A DNA stretch of 63,166 nt, the filler included, from Globobulimina sp. (Eukaryota): the NCBI GenBank assembly GCA_003354225.1. It is 38 parts of 38 records of this genome, joined end to end, with 100 filler letters (N's around TTAATTAATTAA, not from the genome) between each part and the next. Parts side by side here need not be neighbours in the genome. Positions count along the whole stretch, not along the records: positions 49,957 to 51,520 come from PIVH01014779.1; positions 51,621 to 53,184 come from PIVH01014780.1; positions 53,285 to 54,848 come from PIVH01014781.1; positions 54,949 to 56,512 come from PIVH01014782.1; positions 56,613 to 58,176 come from PIVH01014783.1; positions 58,277 to 59,840 come from PIVH01014784.1; positions 59,941 to 61,503 come from PIVH01014785.1; 31 more parts are not named here. One strand, given 5' to 3'. This document shows, in pieces, positions 50,276 through 61,603 of the stretch. The position numbers and the translations under genes were made by a program. Under the pieces are notes generated by a model. It was not told the DNA's origin. It searched no databases and saw only the letters and a program-made list of their open reading frames with translations. Positions within the stretch are counted from its first letter, which is position 1; every line of letters begins with the position of its first letter.

Positions 50276-51520
50276 GTACCAAAACAAAAAATAAAAGGTG
50301 TATTAAAATCAACAGATAGTAAGAAGCTTCATTGGCGTCAGAATCTCGACCAATTAATTGCTGGTTTGCATAATGCAAAAAAATGGGCGCAAACTGTTCG
50401 TGATCATATTTCGCCGACAATGAGAGCAGCATATAAGGCACACAAATCATGCGATGCCGCATTAGCTGAGGTGTTGGGGCTACCCATTGGCGACACAGGA
50501 ATAACAGTGGGCGATGTGGTGCGGCGGCTGCGGGCAACAAATCCTCGACAAAACTTATTATTTCCAACGATTTTGACAACCAAGAAACTGAAGATAAAGT
50601 TTAAAAAAGTCAGCAACGCAGTGAATGAGTTAAATGGATTATTGACTAAGTTTTATTTATCACTTAAAGGCAATAAAAAAACGTTAGAAGAGAATAGAGT
50701 GTACGCTCAATTTTATCGCCAAATCGTTGATAAAGCTGATAAAATGCGTACGATTTATAAAAAGAAAATCATTACAACCAGAACCCAATCGATTGCAGGT
50801 GGCGACACCTCAAAATTAAAAGCATTGACTGTATGGCAGCCACCAATTCAATCCATTTTCGATATAGATTCATATTGGAGAAAATTCCACGAATTCTGTG
50901 CTCTTGAATTTAGCACAGAAAATCCAGCGTTTGTGAAAGCGGTGAATGATTTGGAAAAAAGTGTTGCCGCCGGATCCTTATCAGATGCCGAGATCCGAAT
51001 GGAAATGACCAATATTTATAATGAATATGTCAGAATTGATTCGGATAAATATATAAATATTGCTGGTGCTCAACGTACAGCTTTGATTAATGCCGCAGGG
51101 AATAATTGGAATGACGCTGTTGGGAATGTAATCGATTTGAATGTGAAACCAAATCCGTGGTCCAAAGCAAAATATGCTGTTCGAATGTTGTTTCAACATG
51201 ATACAATTCCTCGGTTTTATAGGTCTCCGCAATTTGCACAATGGAGGTCGACTACAGACGGCAAAAGAATATATCAAAAGCATTTTAAAGATGAAGAAGC
51301 AACAATGGCACGTCTTGATTATCAAAATGATTATGATTTGCATTTTGATGGTTTTTATGATTCGTATCAAGTTCCAGCGATTCATGATTCTGTGCAGTAT
51401 CAGTTGGTGGATCATCCTGTTCCTCTTCGATCTGTTGATGGTGGTTTTCATTTTTATGATCCAACGTTAATTATTTTGGGTGTTTTGGTTTTTTTCGTGT
51501 TTATCTGTTGTGCGGTTTCC
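50276..51520 (+). CDS. RGS-domain protein with C-terminal TM helix
   Basis: FHEFCALEFSTENPAF, IYNEYV....YINI, AKYAV..LFQHDTIPRFYRSPQF; hydrophobic LIILGVLVFFVFICCAV near the end. Confidence 0.85.
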
Positions 51521-51620
51521 NNNNNNNNNNNNNNNNNNNNNNNNNNNNNNNNNNNNNNNNNNNNTTAATTAATTAANNNNNNNNNNNNNNNNNNNNNNNN
51601 NNNNNNNNNNNNNNNNNNNN

Positions 51621-52776
51621 TCATAATTGTAAATTTGTTTTAAATATTTTCTACATTTTTTAAAATAATACATCTCTTTGCATATTAAATCATTCTCAAC
51701 ATAATCGGATAAATCTCCAAATGCCTTATTAATAGTACCAATTAAATACATCCAATCGACAAAATATAATTTTTGTGTAAACACATCAAAATATTTTAAG
51801 CAAATCAATGAACCTTTGGGGAGTTTTGATTGTTTGTTTACTGAATAATTATAATTTCTTGGTATAAACTGTATTTTACGTTTATCCAATAAAACGAAAA
51901 ATCTCTATAAATATTTATATTATATATTACAATGAAGCAAATGGATAACTAAACATTTTCAAATCCAGAACGAGAGAGAACCTGCAAATCTCCCACCTTA
52001 CAATGAACTGATTCTGGATGTTGATATATGAACTGTTGTGTTGGAATTGTATGAGTTAAAACCATTGCTTCTGTTATCTCATTTATATTTGCTTGTTTCT
52101 CTTCATTCCAATCTAATTGACAGGTATGGTTTGGTCGAAATGTTTCATTTATTCTAAGTTGGTAATGCCAAATTGATATATATTCCAACGGAATATCATT
52201 GATTAGTGATAAATGGGTAAATAATATTTTAAATGTGTTATCTTTAAATATTCTGAACTGTTTAAACAAGGAGAAGCCACCAAAACCAATTTTATTGATA
52301 TATTGATCTTTATTGAATTGATTTTTGTTTTGAATAATTAAATCGTGACCATTCATAAAAAAATAATCAGTTTTACGAGATTCATCAATTCCGATAATGG
52401 CAAATGCGATGCATACATTGCTAAATGATTTGGCAATATCTGGAATGGCTAAAAAAGTGGTAATATGGGCAATACATTCTGTACCAATATCAGTAAAATT
52501 AGTTTGTATAATTTCAATACTATCTTCTTTGTTATTTTCTGCATTTGTGTTACGTCCATCGGCTTTTTGTTTATTATTAATTGTTTCTAATACGTTTGTA
52601 ACTGTAATTGCTTGCATTGTATTGATATTGTTTTTATTTCTTAATAAAAGGGTCAAACATTGTTTGATGCCACCCAAACAATCTAAAATATCAATTGAAT
52701 GAGATCTTAATATGTTGCTATCTGTTTGTATTATAGCACGACGGGCTTTTAACCAACTCACAGTTTCGCATGGCAT
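51621..52776 (-). CDS. F-box-like motif plus USP7-type ubiquitin-like domain protein; intron ~51906-51953; 3' truncated
   Basis: FTDIGTECIAHITTFL (F-box-like); SIWHYQLRINETFRPN and LICLKYFDVFTQKLYFV resemble USP7 Ubl motifs RxWxxxxRxNxTxRP and LxFxKYxD. Confidence 0.55.
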
Positions 52777-53286
52777 TATTTGTGCTTAGCTTTATTTTTT
52801 CTGTACGTTTTTTTAAATAATGTCGTCTTTCTTAAAAATCCAAACCCACGTACGTATGACGATGAATATTTATCATTTATGTTTTAATCATCAAATTAAA
52901 AATTAAAAGGAATTTAAAGATGAAGATGATGAAGATGAAGATTACAATCTTTGTGATTTTGCATTGAAACGTGTTCGAATTGATCTATCCGCATATGATA
53001 GTAATGTAGCACTGCACACACGATCAAAAGTTACATTGCCTGATGACGGCTCAAATAAACGAAAAACACTTGAAATGGATGCTTCGTATACACAATTTTT
53101 GCATACAATGTATGTCGATCCATCAAAAGACGAACAAAATGATGAACTGAATGATGAAGATTTTGACATGGAAAATGAAGAAAGNNNNNNNNNNNNNNNN
53201 NNNNNNNNNNNNNNNNNNNNNNNNNNNNTTAATTAATTAANNNNNNNNNNNNNNNNNNNNNNNNNNNNNNNNNNNNNNNNNNNNTA

Positions 53287-54479
53287 GATACAAAAAAGGT
53301 GAAAGAAATTGCTTTTATTTATGACGATAACGATAACAAAATAACCATTGCAGTCGAACAAAATAATATCATTGCAACTGCATTTCACGCGGAAGTAACC
53401 AGAGGTGATTTATATTGGCACCAATATTTTGTAGAAAAGGTATTTAAATCATTAAATATTAAATACGATATAACTCCATTCAATCCAATCAGAAACTCAT
53501 TAAACGCACAAAGTGCATTATTTTCCTCATGGAGTGTTAAGACTGCAATGCCTCGAATGTTGCAAGGCGGTGTGATCATGGATGTAGTGAATGGAGCGCA
53601 AGCTAAAATTGCTGAAGAAGCAGGCATGATTACTCTACTCCGAATTTACTCAAAGTAAGGTTTTTTTTTACTTTACAATGACAATATCCACACACAACAT
53701 GTACAGGAGCCTGTTCTGTGATGGCATTGGAGCGCATTCCAGCCGATATAAAGAAAGATGGCGGAGTAGCTCGAATGTCTGATCCTAAATTAATAAATGA
53801 AATAATGTCCACCGTCTCCATCCCAGTGATGGCGAAATCGCGTATTGGCCATTTTGGTGAAAGCCGCATCATCGAATCATTGGGTGTAGACTGTATCGAC
53901 GAGTCTGAAGTATTAACCTGTGCCGATGAGAAATATCATATCAATAAACATCCATTCAATATACCATTCGTATGCGGTGCGCGTGATTTAGGTGAGGCAC
54001 TGCGGAGAATCGGCGAAGGCGCCGCCATGATACGGTTGAAAGGCAATGCCGGCACTGGCAATGTAATGGAAGCGGTGCGCCACGCGAGATTGACCTTTGA
54101 TGCCATACGGAGATTGATAGCAATGTCTGAGGATGAGGTATTTGATTATAGCAAGGAGATTGGTGCCCCGCTTGCATTGGTCAAATTAACCAGAAAGTTG
54201 GGACGTTTGCCAGTGGTGACATTTGCAGCGGGCGGCATTGCCACGCCGGCGGATGTTATGTTGATGATGGAGTTGGGCTGCGATGGTGTATTTGTTGGGA
54301 GTGGCATATTCAAATCGGATAATCCGAGGAAAAGAGCCAAAGCAATTGTTCATGCATGTACTTAATATAAATATCCAAGGATTGTGGCAAAAGTTAGTGA
54401 GGATTTAGGTAAAGCTATGGTTGGCATTTTAAGAAAAGGTGAGAAATATGCGTTTATTCACCAGGACTCAAAATTGTAG
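53287..54479 (+). CDS. PDX1: Pdx2 (glutaminase C-terminus)-Pdx1 (synthase) fused PLP synthase; GC-AG intron 53624-53706; internal TAA 54363-54365; ends -SKL
   Basis: [24 protein letters not shown] (Pdx2) in frame with [79 protein letters not shown] and, after the [15 protein letters not shown]. Confidence 0.92.
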
Positions 54480-54948
54480 TTATACCGCGATTTTATTTAA
54501 TGATTTATTCATAGCTAGTATTGCGTATAAGAGGTAGTTACTTTATCTTGATAATCTGCTATAAAAACACTCGTTTTTTTAAAATGAACCATCATATCAT
54601 CACCAATCCAAGATGTATAAGAATGCCAAATCGATCGGATTTAAAACCAAATGATACTGCACAGTCTCTTGTAATATCATACAATGCAAAATAAGCATAT
54701 CACTGATATTAAAAGTAGCATTTTAAAAAACTGACTTTGTTTTTTTTTTCTCCTTGAATTTTGTTGGTGATGTGTATTGACATATATTTTACGTATGTAC
54801 AAAAAGCATATATGTTTTATTCGCCAATATTTGTTGGATGACTCAGGCNNNNNNNNNNNNNNNNNNNNNNNNNNNNNNNNNNNNNNNNNNNNTTAATTAA
54901 TTAANNNNNNNNNNNNNNNNNNNNNNNNNNNNNNNNNNNNNNNNNNNN

Positions 54949-56361
54949 CTCAAATATGACGAATTTTTGAAGCCAAGTTGGTTGTGCAATGAATACACTG
55001 ACGAAGATTTAACAAAGTTGAAAAGGAAAGGAAATGATTATTTCAAAAACGCAAAATATGAAAGAGCACTATCATATTATTTAGCAATCTTACATCGAAC
55101 AATGCATGTTAATAAGAACAGTGATTTAAAACATGATGCCTGGAATAACATATCCTTGATTTATTTTAAAATGCAAAAATATTATACTTGTATTGATAAA
55201 TGTAATATTGCGTTACAGATAAATCCAAAGCATCCAAAAGCATTATATCGCAGAAAACAATGTTTTTCAATTTTAAAGCAATCAAAATTGACAAATAATG
55301 AAGAAAATATACAAATTAATAATAAATATGCACCGACAAACCAATCAATATGTAATAAAATGGGTATTCAATCCTCAGTATTGTATGAAATTAGAACCAT
55401 TCCATTCAGTCAATGCAAAATAGGTTTCTTTGCCACTAAGAATATAAAACAAGGAACCATTATTCTTAAAGACCGAGAGTTGTTTAAATTGCCTAAAACC
55501 GGGCAAGAATCCATTTGCTTCGACAAAGATGGTGGAATAACAAAAGTTAATCAAAATGAAGAAAATCTGAAACAACTTTATCAGCACACTTTGTCACAAC
55601 AGGAACAAGAAATTTTTTCATCAATGAGATCATCAGACATTGAAGTTAAAAATAATAAATTATGGAATATATTTCTAACAAATAATATAGTCATCGATGA
55701 ATATCAAGCAATATTTGCCACGGCATCAAGATTGACACATTGTTGTATACCAAATACAAATGGATATTATAATGAAAAGACAAATAAATATAATGTTATA
55801 TCAGCCTGCGATATTAAAAAAGGCGAGGAAATAACTACGACGTTTCTATCATATATACCAATGTCCAGAAAAGATCGAAGAAATGAATTATTGAAATTAT
55901 ATGGTTTTGTGTGTGAGTGTAAATGTTGTAATTACCAAACATATCAACAATATGAGCAAGCAATTGCAGAATTTGTATATTTGAGACAGGAGTTGTTAGA
56001 TTTAATGATGAATCAGGAATTACTGAAGAAATCAAATCCGTATAAAATCATTGATAAAATATTGAATATATTGCAAACGTATTATAAATCGCATCTACAT
56101 TTCATGGATGATTATACAGAACATGCTGTGTTGTGTTGTATGATAAAAAATGATGTAAAGAATATGGTGAAATATGCTGCAAAACATACATATTGGAATA
56201 ATTTAAAAAATGGACATATTATCGATTCTGGGAAAAAACAATATCGACACAAGTTTGTAACACCAAAATTTTATTCTAATAAAACAAAATTACCCGCTGC
56301 TGTTCAGGATATTATTCAAGTTGTCATCAAAAACAAGAAAATTCCGAAACAATATGTATAA
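54949..56361 (+). CDS. TPR plus SET domain protein (SMYD/SET5-like)
   Basis: KRKGNDYFK and KALYRR TPRs; GFFATKNIKQGTII, SRLTHCCIPN, DIKKGEEIT, YGFVCECKCC post-SET. Confidence 0.85.
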   Translation, partial: LKYDEFLKPSWLCNEYTDEDLTKLKRKGNDYFKNAKYERALSYYLAILHRTMHVNKNSDLKHDAWNNISLIYFKMQKYYTCIDKCNIALQINPKHPKALYRRKQCFSILKQSKLTNNEENIQINNKYAPTNQSICNKMGIQSSVLYEIRTIPFSQCKIGFFATKNIKQGTIILKDRELFKLPKTGQESICFDKDGGITKVNQNEENLKQLYQHTLSQQEQEIFSSMRSSDIEVKNNKLWNIFLTNNIVIDEYQAIFATASRLTHCCIPNTNGYYNEKTNKYNVISACDIKKGEEITTTFLSYIPMSRKDRRNELLKLYGFVCECKCCNYQTYQQYEQAIAEFVYLRQELLDLMMNQELLKKSNPYKIIDKILNILQTYYKSHLHFMDDYTEHAVLCCMIKNDVKNMVKYAAKHTYWNNLKNGHIIDSGKKQYRHKFVTPKFYSNKTKLPAAVQDIIQVVIKNKKIPKQYV

Positions 56362-56612
56362 TATACTTATTTCATTTATTTTGTAGTCTTATAATTGATA
56401 TCCTTGCACTCGAAAACAAATTAAGTCAGTGTCTGATGTGTTGATTACTGATTACATTTACATACAACATCAACATATTCTTTCTCATCGCAAATTAAAT
56501 CTTTCCACATATNNNNNNNNNNNNNNNNNNNNNNNNNNNNNNNNNNNNNNNNNNNNTTAATTAATTAANNNNNNNNNNNNNNNNNNNNNNNNNNNNNNNN
56601 NNNNNNNNNNNN

Positions 56613-57937
56613 GCAAAACCGGAGTCACCACCTACGATCCCGGTTTTATGTCCACCTCTTCCTGCCATTCCACCATAACCTACATCGATGGCTTAGGCGG
56701 CCGTTTATTGCATCGCGGCTACGAAATCCAAGACTTGTGCGCCAACTCTGATTTTATAGACTTATCCTTTTTATTATTATACGGTGAATTGCCAGGCAAA
56801 AACGATCGAATCCAGCACGAGTCGCAAATTAAAAAACATTCCTTAGTGCACGAGAAATTGATTGGGTTTTATAAAGGTTTCCGTTACAACGCGCATCCAA
56901 TGGCCATTATGTGCGCCGTAGTCGGTGCACTCTCCTCCTTCTACCACGACGAGATGGATATTATGAACCTGGATCATCGCTTACTGTCCGCCTACCGCAT
57001 CATTGCCAAAATGCCTACTTTGGCCGCCATGGCCTACAAAACCTCCATCGGCGAACCCATCGTGTACCCACAGAATAAGTACTCCTTCGCCGAGAACTTC
57101 CTGTTTATGATGTTTGCTATTCCAACGCAGCAATATGTGTGCAATCCCATCAAAGCCAAGGCCTTGGATAAATTCCTAATGTTACACGCCGACCATGAGC
57201 AGAATGCGTCGACGAGCACTGTGCGGATTGCTGGCTCATCGCACGCCAATCCCTTTGCGTGCATTGCGTCTGGGATCACTACGTTGTGGGGTCCAGCCCA
57301 CGGCGGCGCCAATGAGGCGGTGTTGAATATGCTGGAAGCCATTGGCAATGTGGACAATATTGACACCTATATCCGCAAAGCCAAAGATAAGAAGGACCCC
57401 TTTCGATTGATGGGCTTTGGACATCGGGTGTATAAGAATTATGACCCGCGAGCTCAAGTGATGCGGAAAATATGTCACGAGCTGTTGGATGAGCTGAAGA
57501 TTGAGAATGAGCCGTTGTTGGACTTGGCCATGGAATTGGAGCGCATTGCGTTGCGAGACGAATATTTTAAGAAACGCAAATTATTTCCCAATGTGGATTT
57601 TTATTCAGGCATTGTGTTGAAAGCAATGGGCATTCCGCGCTCAATGTATACGGTGTTGTTTGCCGTGGGAAGGACCATTGGCTGGATATCGCATTGGAAG
57701 GAAATGATTGAAGATCCGAAGCAAAGAATTGGGCGACCGAGACAGTTGTATTTAGGCAAAGGCCACAGGGAATATGTTGATATCCAACATAGACCGGACC
57801 AGCATGCGCATTTAGTTGAGAAAATGAATGGGAATAAAGGGAAGGAAACGGGAACAAAGAAAGGGGGATCGGTTGTTGTCTTAGCTGCTCTTAATGAAGC
57901 AATAGACACTGATACCAAAAAAATGAAAGTTGTATAA
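56613..57937 (+). CDS. gltA: Citrate synthase, bacterial type II (GltA-like), 5' truncated
   Basis: [81 protein letters not shown]. Confidence 0.95.
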
Positions 57938-58806
57938 TTATGAAATAGTTTACCTTAATTTTAATTTTTAATTAAGTAATTTACCAACATTCCCTTATTA
58001 AACCTTGAATGGGAGCATTGTTTTTATTGTCAGTTTGTTTGAAAAATGAGTGAAGAGAAAACCCCAATCACTTTGAAAGATGAACGCGCTGCTAAGCTAT
58101 TAAGAAGTGGTTCAATTGTGAGTAAACGCAGTGGGAAGAGATTAAAAATAGCATTTTTTGGTGATTTTTGTTATCCNNNNNNNNNNNNNNNNNNNNNNNN
58201 NNNNNNNNNNNNNNNNNNNNTTAATTAATTAANNNNNNNNNNNNNNNNNNNNNNNNNNNNNNNNNNNNNNNNNNNNAATTTTAATTTTTTTTTTCAGTAT
58301 TCTGTCACTTTTGTTATGGTATTTTTTGCTGTTTTTGTTTTTTTTTTTTTCTTAGTGTATTAATGATATTATAGGATATTTATTTTGTGTGTTGTTGACT
58401 ATAAATTTCAACTAATTTCTTACCGTGACCACCCACATATTTTAAAAGTTACGTTTTCGAGTTGAAATATATCAAATACATTTAGGGGGCAGCGCCCGAT
58501 GGTGGCCCTGCAAAAAAGAAGTGTGAACCTAAAAAGTCAATTCCATTCCTACCGTGAAAACATTCAGACCTGAGGAATTTAACGCGGATGGACCGTCTGT
58601 CTCTATTTTTTAAAGTCATTGGGCTTCTATATGTGAGGATAATAAATTGAAAATTAACTGATCTATTGCAGAAACAAACAATTCATGCAATCAAATCAAA
58701 TGTATAAAAAAATCAAACACCCAAATTATAAAAAACGTAATTAAAACTAATTAAAAAAGAAAAGAAAAGTAGTAGTAGTATTATAAAATAAATAAATAAT
58801 TAAATA

Positions 58807-59783
58807 TTAAATTTCATCCACTTTCGCAGGTAATTCATCAATAATCGTATCATAAAATGTCTCTAACTCTCTTAATTGTGCAGCATCCTCATCAGGAACA
58901 AAATTAATGGCACAACCTTTTTTACCATAACGACCGGATCTGCCAATACGATGAATATACGATTCTTTAAATCTCGGCAAATCATAATTAATAACCAAAG
59001 ATACAGTGTTCACATCAATACCTCGTGATAATAAATCCGTGGATATCAAAACGCGCGTTGTACCACTTCGAAATTCTTTCATTACAAATGCTCGCTCTTT
59101 CGGCGTTAAATCGCCATGAATGCAAGACACAGTAAAATCATTTTGCATCATTTTATCCCGTAACCACATCACTTTTCGTCGCGTGTTTACAAATATTATC
59201 GCTTGTATAATTTGTAAACTTTCGTATAAATCAAAAAGTGTTTCTAATTTATACCCTTCCTTTTCAACTGCAACATAAAATTGCTTCACTCCATCCAGTG
59301 TCAATTCTTCTTTCTTCACCAATATCCTCACCGGATTCCGCAAAAATCTTTTGGTTAATCCTAATACTTCAACAGGCATAGTAGCCGAAAATAACGCGAC
59401 TTGCACATTTTGCGGCAAATACTGAAAACATTCGTAAATTTGTTCTTTAAATCCGCGAGATAACATTTCGTCCGCTTCATCCAATATAAATAAATCCAAT
59501 GATTTTAATCTCAAAATCCCTCGTGATATCATGGAATTTACTCTGCCCGGTGTGCCTACAACAATTTGTTGACCCTTTTCTAATGCCAAAATGTCGTCAT
59601 CTACGGAGGTGCCACCAATGCACATATGAATGGTTAAGTCCTTCATCCATGCACTTAATGATAACATTACATTATATGTTTGTCGCGCTAACTCGCGGAC
59701 TGGCGACAATATTAATATTTGACATGATGGGTTGTTTAAATCGACTCTCTGTAGGGCGGCAATGGAAAATGTGCCGGTTTTAC
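58807..59783 (-). CDS. EIF4A: DEAD-box helicase eIF4A, last exon (acceptor at 59784)
   Basis: [62 protein letters not shown]. Confidence 0.95.
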
Positions 59784-59940
59784 CTGTGTATTTATTATAT
59801 GTATACGCAAAATCGCATCATTGCATTTTTTTTTATATTTNNNNNNNNNNNNNNNNNNNNNNNNNNNNNNNNNNNNNNNNNNNNTTAATTAATTAANNNN
59901 NNNNNNNNNNNNNNNNNNNNNNNNNNNNNNNNNNNNNNNN

Positions 59941-61503
59941 GGAATACCGTTGCTGGCTCTAATTCAGACACAAAATCTGAAAAACATACACCGCATAAAC
60001 CCAAAACGGCTACCACTGCTTTGACAGCTGAGGAGGAACAAAAATTAGCAAAATATAAAAAAATGGGAAAGGTCAATATGCCAAAACAATCCATAATTAA
60101 TAGGATGCGGCAGGATGGAATATCGCCAGAATTAATTGGAAAATTATATCCTGAGACAATCAGCGGTAAAAAGAATAAAAAAACAGCAGAAAAAAAAGCA
60201 AAATTACCCGCAAATTTAAAAGCGAAACAAATAATTAAACCGAAGAATAAAATGAGAAATCTGCATTGGACCAAAGTGAATCCGTTTGATATTTCCACCA
60301 CGATTTGGAACGACATCGATGATGAAACCATTCAGTTTAACTCAAATGAGTTGGAAGTAAAATTTTGTTGGAAACAAATTGAAAGCAAAGAAAAGGAAAA
60401 GAAAAATGTGAAAACAAAAAACGATATTGTTCATGTATTAGATACCCGGCGAGCTTATAACATCGAGATATTTTTGGGCAGATTGAAAATGGATTCATGG
60501 ACGTTGCGCGAGGCCTTGTTATCTATGAACGAAACTAAATTATCATTGGACACCGTCCATAAATTAATTAATTTTGTTCCAACGAGCGAAGAAGCGCAGC
60601 AATTGAATGGTTATGAAAACGAAAAGAATTTGGGTGTGGCCGAGAATTTTGTGAAAATTATACGCAGTGTGGATACTAATTTGGTGGAAAGATTGATTTT
60701 GTGGGAGTTTGCAATGGAATTTAATGACTTATATCGGCACGAAGAAGAGTCATTGATTTATTTGCGAAAGGCACATCATTCAGTTTCCAAATCAAAGTCT
60801 TTGAAATTAATTTTTAGATTGATACTTAAAATTGGAAATTATATGAATGGATCGACAAATAAAGGACAAGCGTATGGCTTTAAACTCGCTTCGTTGTCGC
60901 AGTTAATGCGGTCGCGGACTACGGATAACTCGTCCACTTTAATGGAGTATTTATATGAAATTATATGTTTAGACACAGAGGATAATGATTTTAGGGAATG
61001 TTTGGATTTTTTAAGCGATTTACAAGCGTTGGAGCACGCGACCTTTGTTGACATCACTACGTTGCGAGCAAACATCGCAGGAATTGGCCGGAAATTAAGA
61101 ATGATTAAAAAAAGAATTGAAAGTAAAGGTGTTGAGAGGATGGGTGATAATTTTATAAAAATGATGAAACCTTTTCATTTTGAGTCAGTTAAAAGATTTT
61201 CGACGTTAGAAAAGCAGCGAGATTTAATATTTAATGATTTAAAAGATTTAGGGATTTGGTTGAATGAAGCGAAAGATCCAAATTTTAAATATTTGAAAAT
61301 ATTGAATCAATTTAGATTAGATTTTCTAAATGCAATTAAAATTACAAAACAGAAAAAAGAAAAATTATTACAAATTGAGAAGAGAAAGAAATGGAAAGAA
61401 AATAAAAACAAAAACAAATCAAAGAGGAAAGTAATAAAATCAGGAGATGATAATAGTAATAATATGGATGAAAAGAAAGAAGAGAAAGAAGCAAAAGGAT
61501 TTA
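59941..61503 (+). CDS. Formin (FH2 domain) preceded by a CCDC53-like helical motif
   Basis: MRNLHWTKV...TIW, VLD.RRAYNI.IFL, PT.EE, ILKIGNYMNG...GQAYGFKLASL; KYKKMGKVNMP..SIINRMRQDG. Confidence 0.92.
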
Positions 61504-61603
61504 NNNNNNNNNNNNNNNNNNNNNNNNNNNNNNNNNNNNNNNNNNNNTTAATTAATTAANNNNNNNNNNNNNNNNNNNNNNNNNNNNNNNNNNNNNNNNN
61601 NNN

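Noticed and set aside
26699-54479. Global reassignment of TAA to an amino acid (ciliate-type code)
   Set aside because: TAA ends eIF4E, eIF4A, citrate synthase and others at the expected positions, and long AT-rich ORFs lack internal TAA/TAG; only two isolated cases were seen
53285-57937. Apparent metabolic cluster (PLP synthase, SET protein, citrate synthase)
   Set aside because: The genes are on separate contigs ordered by length; adjacency is not biological
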